64,000 nucleotides of DNA from a bacterium. Its GTDB lineage: Bacteria; SAR324; NAC60-12. This document shows, piece by piece, positions 21,673 through 30,224 of this stretch. Each line of letters opens with the position of its first letter. The first letter of the stretch is position 1. The stretch lies in contig OZ242383.1 of NCBI GenBank assembly GCA_965209155.1, forward strand, positions 2,944,001-3,008,000, given 5' to 3'. The position numbers were made by a program, and so were the translations under genes. The notes beneath the pieces were generated by a model. It was not told the origin of the DNA. It saw only the letters and a list, made by a program, of their open reading frames with translations, and did no database searches.

Positions 21673-21974
21673 TGGTCATTCTACCTTCAGACAGGTGGTT
21701 GCCACACGAGCGACTGAAATGGCGATCGAGAAGGCTCGGAAAGGGGTCAAATCTTTTTTCGCTTTATCCAAGGTTTAAATATTGTAAAAAAGGGGTCAAA
21801 TCTTTCAATTGGGCTCAAAAAGGAATGGGGGTTGATTAAGACCATAAGGCACCAAATGGTACGCCTCAGAGATTTGAGCCGAAGGGCACGAGATATTCTC
21901 CAGAGTATAGAACATGGCCTATAAATGGTTTCTCATTGCAAATAAATGGTAACTGTCCCCAGATTTTTAGGTTA

Positions 21975-22223
21975 ACTATTTATTCGTTTAATCAAGATGA
22001 CCCAGCACCTGTAATTTCAGAGGAATTGCTATCTATTTGCTATCGCAATCAGACCCGAGTTCAGTAAGCTACTCAACATCTCATCTCTCCAGGATTCGGC
22101 CATCCACCTGACAAATAATTCCCTTGACGGATTGCAAACTATTTGCTTATTATATATTTGCCTGATCAATACGGTCCAGCACCTGAAATTTCAGAGGAAT
22201 TGCTATCTATTTGCTATCGCAAT
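21975..22223 (+). promoter_or_regulatory. Tandem-duplicated upstream region of regulator copy 2, with sigma70-like promoter and repeat operator
   Basis: ATTGCTATCTATTTGCTATCGCAAT at 22025-22049 and 22199-22223; TTGACG(22124)-N18-TATTAT(22148). Confidence 0.65.
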
Positions 22224-22235
22224 TAGGCCAGAGTC

Positions 22236-25200
22236 ATGAAAGACAAAATTACTAAACATGCTGTCGAGTCCCTCAAGCCTGGGGCTAAAGACCGCATAAT
22301 GTGGGACACGGAGCTGCCGATGTTCGGCTGTAAAATAACTCCCAAAGGCAGACGGGTCTATCTCTTGCAGTACCGCATCGAGGGACGTTCGAGGCGCTAT
22401 ACCATTGGTATTCATGGGTCATTGACCACCAGGGAAGCCCGAAAAATCGCTAAAAAGCTGCTGCATGATATTGCCCTGAATCGTGATCCGGCGGATGCGA
22501 AGAAGAATAAAGGAGATCAAGCAGGGGGTAAGATTCAAAACCGTACTCAAGGCCGCAAGCAGCAGGTTGTTAAACCCAAAGCTTCTCACATCCGTGGAAA
22601 TCTGCGGAAATCTGCAGCCAATACAAATAAAGCGTCTCCTGGCCCCCCAAAACCGGTTGTGAACAAAACGAAGCCCATTCTCAGTCTGGAAAAACCGGAG
22701 ATTCCGGGATATTCGCTGGAGGAGGTCATTTTTGAAAGCAGCCGGACCTGGCTTTGGCGCGGCAGGCGGCAAAGCGACGGGCTTCTGGTTTTGATCAAGG
22801 GAGCGGCATCTTCCGAGCAGAGCGCTCAGGAACTGGCGGAAATACGGCATGAGCATGAGATCACCCGGGATCTCGAGATCGATGGGGTTCTCAGGGCAGA
22901 GGAACTGGCGCGGTGTGAAAACGGATGGGCTTTGATCCTGGAAAACACGGAAGGGCTTCCTTTAAGAAAGCTGATGGACTCAGCCCGGCTCGACCTGCTG
23001 GACTCGCTGAAGGTAGCGGTTTCACTGACGAGCACCCTGAAAGAAGTGCACCGGCAGGGCCTCCTTCATAAAATGATCAACCCGTTCAATATTTTTATCG
23101 ATCCGGCATCGGGGACGGTCAAACTGAGCGGCTTCGGCCTGGCCACCCGGCATCCCCGGGAAAATTTGACGACGTTGAGTCCCCAGCTAAGCGGGGAAAC
23201 CTTGCCCTATATCTCCCCCGAACAGACCGGCCGGATGAATCGCCCCCTCGATTATCGCAGTGATTTTTATTCCCTGGGCGCTACCCTTTATGAACTTTTC
23301 AGCGGGAGAGTGCCTTTTGGGTCCCGGGAGGTCATGGAAATCATCCACGCTCACATTGCCCGGCAGCCTGTACCCCTGGACCAGGTGGCGCCGCAGGTGC
23401 CCAAAACCCTTTCTAATATAGTGATGAAACTGGTAGCCAAGCGTGCCGAGGCGCGCTACCAGAGCCACTCGGGCCTTTCAGCCGATCTCCTGACATTTGT
23501 GGAGCAACTGGAAAACAATGGAAATGTGTCCGACTTTCCCCTGGGCCGCCAGGACATTCCTAGAGAATTGCAGATCACTCCGGGGCTTTACGGCAGGGAG
23601 GATGAAATCACCGCCCTGGAAGCCGCCCTGGAGCGAGTCAGCCAGGGAGCGACCGAGATGGTGCTGGTCTCGGGAAGCGCTGGTGTCGGCAAAACCGCCC
23701 TTGTCGGTGAAATTCACCGGTCCGTTGCCCAAAAAAACGGTTTCTTCCTCTCCGGAAAGTTTGACCAGCTCCGGCACAATATCCCCTACAGCGCCCTGAT
23801 CCAGGCGCTGCGGGGACTCATCCGTGAGGTATCGGCCGAAGACAAATCCGGAATGGAGCGGTGGAAAAGCAGGATACGGGCTGCCCTGGGACCCAGCGGA
23901 CAACTGGTGACCCGGGTGATCCCGGAACTGGAACAGGTGATCGGCCCGCAACCCCCGCTGCCGGAAATGGGAGCGCTGGAGTCCCGTAACCGCTTCACTG
24001 CCGTTTTACTGGATTTCATCTCTGTTTTCTGTGAAAAAACCCAGCCGCTGGTTATTTTTCTGGACGACTTGCAGTGGGTGGACGCCGATACTCTCAAGCT
24101 GGTGGAACGCATCGCTCAGGATCCGGAGAGGAAACCTCTGCTTTTCCTGGGAGCCTATCGCGACAACGAGGTGGATGTTGATCACCGGTTGTCGATCAGT
24201 TGTGAGGTGATCAAAAAAACAGGCCAGTCGCTGCAGACGATCCCCTTAAAACCCCTGAACCCGGAGAACATTTCACAACTACTCGTCCATACCTGCAACT
24301 GCCGTCTTGAGGAGGCCCAACCTCTGGCCGAACTCCTTGTGCGTAAAACTGGCGGCAATCCCTTCTTTGTGAGCCAGTTCTTGACCGTACTCTCCGAGAA
24401 GAACCTGATCCGCTACTCCCCTGAGGAAAAACGATGGAGCTGGGAGCTGGCTGCCATCGATTTCCTGGCGGTGACCGAGAATGTGGTGGATTTGCTGGTT
24501 GACCGGCTCCACCGGTTTTCGTCCGGAACCAGGCGACTCTTGAGCCTGGCGGCCTGCATCGGCAATACTTTTGACCTGGAATCGTTGGAGCGGATCAGCG
24601 AAAAAGGAATCGGGGAGATCGATGAGAACCTGTTGCCGGCCCTGGAAGCCGGGTTGATCCTCGGTTTTTCCCAGGCCCCGGATCCGGATTTTCCGACCGC
24701 CGGAGCGAGCACGGAGAGCGGCAGCTTCAAATTCCTGCATGACCGGGTGCAGCAGGCGGCCTATGCCCTCATCGCGCAAAAGGAGAGAAAGCCGGTCCAT
24801 CTTCAAATCGGTCAGACCCTGCTCAAACAATACGCTCCGGAAAAAAGTGACGCTCTGCTTTTTGACATCGTCCACCATCTCAACCTGGCCAGGGGGTTGA
24901 AGGATAAATGGAAAGAACGATCGCAGCTGGCAGAACTCAACCTGAAAGCTGGTCGTCAGGCTAAAGCGGCTTCGGCTTTTGAACAGGCCCTGGAATACTT
25001 TACCATCGGCCTGGACCTCTTAGGAGCCGCCGCCTGGAAACGGCAATACCCCCTGGCCTTATCCTTGCACGAGGAAGCAACGGAGATGTCATGGCTCTGC
25101 GGCCGCTTCGAGCTGATGGAGGAGCTGGCCGGTGCCGTAAAAGACAACGCCCAAAAGGACCTGGACCTGGCCAATGTTTATCTATACCTGATCCAGGCTT

Positions 25201-28200
25201 ACACCACCCGGGGTGAATTAAAGAACGCCATGGAAATGGGCGAGGAAATTCTAGAGAAATTGGGGTGTCAACTGAGCCGTCTGTCTCTAGACCAGTGGCA
25301 GCAGACCCTCGTTCACATCAAATCCAACCTGGCCGGTAAAAGCGTTGCAGACGTGATGCGCTTTGAGCCGCTCACCCAACCGCATGCCGAGGTCCTTGTC
25401 CATATCCTATATGATATCCATATGACCTATAGCGAGGCTGGGGTTGCCTTGGATGACGGTCTTTGGCAGCCCATCGCTGTAAAACGCATCTCTTTTCTGC
25501 TGAATCATTTTCATCCGGATTATTCACCCGAGTTCTATTATCACCTTGGATTTATATATTGCGTGTATACACATGATTTTGAATTTGCTTATGAACTCGG
25601 TCGTCTGGGCATACAGACCATGGAAGCGCTTGATCGGAAGGAAATAAACTGTAAAGTTTCCGGGAGTTTCAACCGCTCGATCCGATTCTACCGGGAGCCG
25701 TTATCGGCGTCATTGGATCCCTTGCTGGAAGTTCATAAGATTGGAATCGAAATAGGAGATTTCTTCAATGCCGGTAATAGCGCCGTCATAAGATGTCAGA
25801 TTGCCTTTATGTGCGGGAGGGAGCTGAATTGGCTGAAAGGGGAATTGTCGACGTTGAAAGCTGCTCTCAAGAAGATCGATTATATTCTCGGGTCTCCCGA
25901 GGTCGAAATGCTGACGAAGGCGATCATGATTCTGATGGAGGAACCTTCGAGCCTGTCGAGCGGCATCATGGATCAATACCATAAGGTGACGGGAGCAGAG
26001 TACCGATATGGTGACCAGAGCAGTTTTAATTACTATAAGCTGGTGCTGCAAACCCTGTTCGAAGAATACGAAGCAGCGCGGGAGACGGTTTTTGAATTGA
26101 TCAACCTGATGAAAACCTACAGGCATGCCCTTATTGATCCCCTGGCCAACTGCTACCTTTCCCTCGCTCTCCTCGCGCTTTACGACCAGGGGCCTGAGGG
26201 GAAAAAGGAGGAAATCCTGACCCAGGTTGATGACAATCAGGATACGTTGGAGAAACTGGCGCGCTGCGCACCGTCTAATTATTTGCATAAATACCACCTG
26301 GTGGAAGCCGAGCGGATGAGGGTTTTGGAGGGTCAAAGCGACGCGATCCTGTCCCATTATGACCAGGCCATCGATTTGGCCAGAGAGAACGAATTTATCC
26401 ACGAGGAAGCCCTTGCCAATGAACTTGCAGCCAGGTACTTGCTCAACCAGGGGCAGAACGACGACGCCCGGGCTTACCTGCGCTCAGCAATGGAAAAATA
26501 CGAAGCATGGGGGGCAAAACGGAAGGTCGCTCACCTGAGGGATCGGTATCCTGGCCTGATTGCCGATAATCGTGCTGAAGCGGCGTCCCCATCGTCCAAC
26601 CTGGATCTGGGGACGATGCTCAAAGCCTCGGAGGCCATCTCCAGTACCCTCGAGCTGGAACCACTGCTGGAGATTCTGCTCCACATTCTCATTGAAAATG
26701 CCGGGGCCCAGACAGCAGTTCTGATTCTGGAAACCGAAGGTCAGTCTCTCATCGCTGCCCGCGGGAGCGCCGAGCAGGTCGAATGTTTTCTACCCCTTTC
26801 CCTGCCTGTGGAAAAGGCCCAATCCCTCTCCCTCTCGGTCATCTCCTGGGTGAAACAAACCCGGGAAAACCTGGTTTTGGACAACGCCTCCCGCGAGGAA
26901 CGGTTTGCCATGGATGATTATATCCGGAGGGAGCGCCCCAAATCGATCCTATGCGCGCCGATACATCATAAATCCGCCTTGAGCGGAATCATTTACCTGG
27001 AAAACAACCTGGTTGAGGGAGCCTTCACCTCCCGGCAACTCGAGGTGATCAAGCACCTCAGCTCCCAGATCGCCATTTCTCTGGAAAATGCCAGGCTTCA
27101 CGAAAACCTCAAACGAACCGAAGCGGAATACCGGGGAATATTTGAAAATGCCACTGAAGGCATCTACCGGACGAGCCAGGACGGCCGCTTTCTGAGCGCC
27201 AATCCAGCGATGGCCCGCTTATTCGGATACTCCTCCCCAAAAGAGCTAATGGCATCCATCACCGACGTCGGGCACCAGCTTTATGTGAATCCGGAGCAGC
27301 GTCATCAGTTCCTGGATCTCATCCGGCAACGACGTCCTGTTTCGGATTTTGAGGTGGAATTTTTCCGTAAAGACGGCAGCACCTTCTGGGCATCCCTGCA
27401 CGCCCGCCCCATCTATGACGAGACCGGTGCATTGCGCTCCATCGATGGGATTATTTCCGACGTAACGGAGCAGAAAAACCGGATGGAAGCCCTCCATGAA
27501 GAAAATGTCCGCCTGAAGGCCAACATCAAGGAGCGTTATCGCTTCGGAAAGATTATCGGCAAAAGCCCCGTGATGCAGAGGATTTATGAATTGATCTTAA
27601 AGGCGGCGGCTAGCGATGCCGGTGTCATTGTCTATGGTGAATCAGGGACCGGTAAAGAATTGGTGGCCGAAGCCATCCATAAGATGAGTGATAGAAAAGA
27701 AAAACCCTTTGTGACCGTCAACCTCGGTGCCGTTCCGGAAAACCTCTTGGAAAGCGAGTTTTTCGGCTACAAAAAAGGAGCCTTTACCGGAGCCAGTGAG
27801 GATAAGCGCGGCCTGCTCCAATTGGCAGACAAAGGCACGCTTTTCCTGGATGAATTGGGCGAAATCGGCCCCAACCTGCAAGCCAAACTGCTGCGTGCTA
27901 TTGAGGGCGGAGGGTTCACGCCAGTAGGCGGCCTTAAAGCGGAAACCTCCGATTTTCGCATCATTGCTGCCACCAATAAGGATTTAAAACAACAGGTGAA
28001 AAAGGGATTGATACGAGAGGATTTCTTCTACCGCATCCACATTATCCCCATTCACTTGCCGCCACTCAGGGAACGTAAAGAGGATATCCCCCTTTTGATC
28101 GAGCATTTTATGCAAAACTACCCTTCCTCAAAGAACCTGCCCACAATCACTGTCGCTGTCATGGAAGCTCTGACCTCCTATGATTGGCCGGGAAACGTCA

Positions 28201-28481
28201 GGGAACTGATCAACACCATGCATCGCTACCTGACGCTCAAGAAACTCGACTTCCTCGATACCTCTTTAATCGAAGACAGCCAAACAGAACCCCCGGTCTC
28301 GGTTGAGGAGCGTGAAACCAATGAACCCTTGGATGCCACCATGAAGCGATTCGAAAAACTGTATTTGACCAGGGTGCTGGACGATTATCACTGGCAACAG
28401 AGCAAAGTTTCAGCCCTTCTGAGGGTTGATCCTAAAACGTTATATCGAAAAATAAAACAGTACCATCTCAAACCTTCATAA
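22236..28481 (+). CDS. 2081-aa multidomain sigma54 activator: Arm DNA-binding, pseudokinase, AAA/STAND ATPase, TPR/helical, GAF, PAS, sigma54 AAA+, Fis-type HTH
   Basis: WDTELPMFGCKITPKGRRVYLLQYR...TIG..G..T.REAR...DPA (Arm domain); YISPEQTGRMNR..DYRSDFYSLG; GSAGVGKT and [66 protein letters not shown]. Confidence 0.93.
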   Translation: MKDKITKHAVESLKPGAKDRIMWDTELPMFGCKITPKGRRVYLLQYRIEGRSRRYTIGIHGSLTTREARKIAKKLLHDIALNRDPADAKKNKGDQAGGKIQNRTQGRKQQVVKPKASHIRGNLRKSAANTNKASPGPPKPVVNKTKPILSLEKPEIPGYSLEEVIFESSRTWLWRGRRQSDGLLVLIKGAASSEQSAQELAEIRHEHEITRDLEIDGVLRAEELARCENGWALILENTEGLPLRKLMDSARLDLLDSLKVAVSLTSTLKEVHRQGLLHKMINPFNIFIDPASGTVKLSGFGLATRHPRENLTTLSPQLSGETLPYISPEQTGRMNRPLDYRSDFYSLGATLYELFSGRVPFGSREVMEIIHAHIARQPVPLDQVAPQVPKTLSNIVMKLVAKRAEARYQSHSGLSADLLTFVEQLENNGNVSDFPLGRQDIPRELQITPGLYGREDEITALEAALERVSQGATEMVLVSGSAGVGKTALVGEIHRSVAQKNGFFLSGKFDQLRHNIPYSALIQALRGLIREVSAEDKSGMERWKSRIRAALGPSGQLVTRVIPELEQVIGPQPPLPEMGALESRNRFTAVLLDFISVFCEKTQPLVIFLDDLQWVDADTLKLVERIAQDPERKPLLFLGAYRDNEVDVDHRLSISCEVIKKTGQSLQTIPLKPLNPENISQLLVHTCNCRLEEAQPLAELLVRKTGGNPFFVSQFLTVLSEKNLIRYSPEEKRWSWELAAIDFLAVTENVVDLLVDRLHRFSSGTRRLLSLAACIGNTFDLESLERISEKGIGEIDENLLPALEAGLILGFSQAPDPDFPTAGASTESGSFKFLHDRVQQAAYALIAQKERKPVHLQIGQTLLKQYAPEKSDALLFDIVHHLNLARGLKDKWKERSQLAELNLKAGRQAKAASAFEQALEYFTIGLDLLGAAAWKRQYPLALSLHEEATEMSWLCGRFELMEELAGAVKDNAQKDLDLANVYLYLIQAYTTRGELKNAMEMGEEILEKLGCQLSRLSLDQWQQTLVHIKSNLAGKSVADVMRFEPLTQPHAEVLVHILYDIHMTYSEAGVALDDGLWQPIAVKRISFLLNHFHPDYSPEFYYHLGFIYCVYTHDFEFAYELGRLGIQTMEALDRKEINCKVSGSFNRSIRFYREPLSASLDPLLEVHKIGIEIGDFFNAGNSAVIRCQIAFMCGRELNWLKGELSTLKAALKKIDYILGSPEVEMLTKAIMILMEEPSSLSSGIMDQYHKVTGAEYRYGDQSSFNYYKLVLQTLFEEYEAARETVFELINLMKTYRHALIDPLANCYLSLALLALYDQGPEGKKEEILTQVDDNQDTLEKLARCAPSNYLHKYHLVEAERMRVLEGQSDAILSHYDQAIDLARENEFIHEEALANELAARYLLNQGQNDDARAYLRSAMEKYEAWGAKRKVAHLRDRYPGLIADNRAEAASPSSNLDLGTMLKASEAISSTLELEPLLEILLHILIENAGAQTAVLILETEGQSLIAARGSAEQVECFLPLSLPVEKAQSLSLSVISWVKQTRENLVLDNASREERFAMDDYIRRERPKSILCAPIHHKSALSGIIYLENNLVEGAFTSRQLEVIKHLSSQIAISLENARLHENLKRTEAEYRGIFENATEGIYRTSQDGRFLSANPAMARLFGYSSPKELMASITDVGHQLYVNPEQRHQFLDLIRQRRPVSDFEVEFFRKDGSTFWASLHARPIYDETGALRSIDGIISDVTEQKNRMEALHEENVRLKANIKERYRFGKIIGKSPVMQRIYELILKAAASDAGVIVYGESGTGKELVAEAIHKMSDRKEKPFVTVNLGAVPENLLESEFFGYKKGAFTGASEDKRGLLQLADKGTLFLDELGEIGPNLQAKLLRAIEGGGFTPVGGLKAETSDFRIIAATNKDLKQQVKKGLIREDFFYRIHIIPIHLPPLRERKEDIPLLIEHFMQNYPSSKNLPTITVAVMEALTSYDWPGNVRELINTMHRYLTLKKLDFLDTSLIEDSQTEPPVSVEERETNEPLDATMKRFEKLYLTRVLDDYHWQQSKVSALLRVDPKTLYRKIKQYHLKPS

Positions 28482-28511
28482 ATCAAATGAAGTATTACAG
28501 TCCTCATCTTG

Positions 28512-28814
28512 TTATGTGATTGCTTCAAGCCCTTTTCTATCGACTATAGAAAGCAATTTAAGAGTAGCTCCACTTGGATGACTTTCTCCTTGTTCCCATT
28601 TTTTTACAGCTCTATCCGATACATTTAGATAGGCTGCAAATACAGCTTGACTAAGTCCTAATTTATGTCTAATTGAACTGATTTGTTTTGCTGAATAATC
28701 AGGGACGGGGGGTAATGATTCTATATTAAACTTTCTTAATGTCGTTTTATCTATTGCACCCACTGCATAGAAATCTTTGGCCATCTCACTGATTGTTTCT
28801 CTCACTTTATTCAT
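28512..28814 (-). CDS. HTH antitoxin (HigA-2/YiaG-like)
   Basis: LSQAVFAAYLNVSDRAVKKWEQGESHPSG. Confidence 0.9.
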   Translation of the reverse strand: MNKVRETISEMAKDFYAVGAIDKTTLRKFNIESLPPVPDYSAKQISSIRHKLGLSQAVFAAYLNVSDRAVKKWEQGESHPSGATLKLLSIVDRKGLEAIT

Positions 28815-29180
28815 TTAAAGTACCTCTATCAAATTTTGTTGATCAACTAAAATATTGATTTGTTCCTCATTTAAATTCAAGAATGCTTTTGCCATGGTCT
28901 TAAATCCCTCAAGCTCATCTTTAGTGATATTATCTTTTTCTCTTTTAGCAAATCCATGAACAAATAGGGCTTTATCATGAATTTTCATCAAAATGATCGT
29001 TCTATGGGAACTCCGTTTACCTGTGCCATGCAGTCCTATCCTTTTTTTGTATACGCCTCCTCCTAGATTAGCATCTACCAATCCCTTTTCTATTTCAGTA
29101 ATGGCTTTTCTCAGGTCATCATTAATCATACCCTGTTTTTTAGCCCATTTTTCAAATGTTCTATATTTAAAAACTCTCAT
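28815..29180 (-). CDS. RelE/ParE-family toxin (HigB-2-like)
   Basis: MRVFKYRTFEKWAK, DANLGGGVYKKRI, GFAKREKDNI; probable start ATG 29180. Confidence 0.88.
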   Translation of the reverse strand: MRVFKYRTFEKWAKKQGMINDDLRKAITEIEKGLVDANLGGGVYKKRIGLHGTGKRSSHRTIILMKIHDKALFVHGFAKREKDNITKDELEGFKTMAKAFLNLNEEQINILVDQQNLIEVL

Positions 29181-29324
29181 ACTTCCAGCGACTCCTTGCC
29201 ACAATACTATACCCTTATGTTCACTATTTCAAGGATATCTGATGATCGCTTCGATGAGCGGACTCCGCGCTGTTGTGAAGCGACTCGAAAAACAGTACCA
29301 TCTCAAACCCTCATAAATCAAATC

Positions 29325-29543
29325 GGGCATTTATGCCCAGAAATCAGGCATTTCTGCCCGAATCTAGGATTAGTGTTTAATATCAGTGCATTACTGCCGA
29401 AAATCCATCATTTTTTGTGTTTAAGTAGGGCAAAAATGCCCGATTTTACCAAAAAATCACCTCAAAACTGGCGGCCCTCTTTCCCATAGCTCGCCTCAGC
29501 CCCCACCAATCCTGCGTTTCGAGCGGATGGCATGACTTTTGAA
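29325..29543 (+). promoter_or_regulatory. Sigma54 promoter block, cassette 2: three GGCA-N4-TGCC palindromes, IHF site, -24/-12 element
   Basis: Palindromes at 29325-29338, 29347-29358, 29428-29441; TATCAGTGCATTA at 29381-29393; TGGCATGACTTTTGAA at 29528-29543. Confidence 0.7.
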
Positions 29544-29731
29544 GCTAAAAACTCAGGCAGGTGGGCAATGAAGTTTTGGTTGTTAGCTCTTAGCTTTCAG
29601 CGATCAGGGGGGTTCTTCTTTAAAGCAAATGGCTAAAAGCTAAAACTTCGTTTGTATCCATTCTGCTGCATCCTTTGAAAAATCTGGTCTGGAGCTATTA
29701 TCGGTCAGACACTAAGTAGAAGTAGGTCGTC

Positions 29732-30094
29732 ATGGAGATGTTAATTGCAGGTGCGAACTGTTTGGAGCAAGAGTACCTGAACGAGCTGACCCGGGATCCC
29801 GGACATCGGGTGGTGATGGTCGATTCGGGGGAAGAGGCTTTGCAGCAGGTGCGATTAGAAGCCTACGATTTGATTTTTTTGGATCTTTCCCTTCCCGATA
29901 TCTCAGGAGCCGACCTGATTACAAAAATCAAAGAAGAACTGCCGGAAGTGAAGATCATTGTGACGACAGAGTCGAACTCGAAAGAATTGGAGATTCAGGT
30001 GAGGAAGAAGGGTATCCTCTTTTATTTGATTAAACCCATTGTCCCCTATTATTTGAGAAGCATTATTGACCATTTAAACACCGTTGGTGCATGA
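29732..30094 (+). CDS. Single-domain response regulator (receiver)
   Basis: YDLIFLDLSLPDISG and YLIKP; the N-terminal acidic pocket is degenerate (LIAGAN). Confidence 0.85.
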   Translation: MEMLIAGANCLEQEYLNELTRDPGHRVVMVDSGEEALQQVRLEAYDLIFLDLSLPDISGADLITKIKEELPEVKIIVTTESNSKELEIQVRKKGILFYLIKPIVPYYLRSIIDHLNTVGA

Positions 30095-30224
30095 ATCGAA
30101 AAATTCTCATAATTCTGAATGAAAGGAGGAAATGCCTATGGAATAAAACCCGTTTTGAAACTCATGGGCGCTTGAGAGTGTCCTTTAATGCCATTTATTC
30201 ATTCAATATATTAAGGAGAATCTT

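Larger units (their letters stand above)
28454..29323 (+). repeat. 35-bp direct repeat (regulator 3' end) flanking the TA pair
   Basis: AAAACAGTACCATCTCAAACC(T/C)TCATAAATCAAAT at 28454-28488 and 29289-29323, one mismatch. Confidence 0.9.

Noticed and set aside
21288..21839. 183-aa ORF as a real gene
   Set aside because: Its middle is a duplicated BNR fragment and the flanks are unrelated sequence.
21857..21880. Possible tRNA 3'-end (att-like) fragment on the minus strand, GGCTCAAATCTCTGAGGCGTACCA
   Set aside because: The T-stem does not pair, the length is one base short, and there is no matching tRNA in the window.
22236..22510. Functional integrase or prophage
   Set aside because: Only the arm-binding domain is present; no catalytic tyrosine-recombinase domain and no phage genes.
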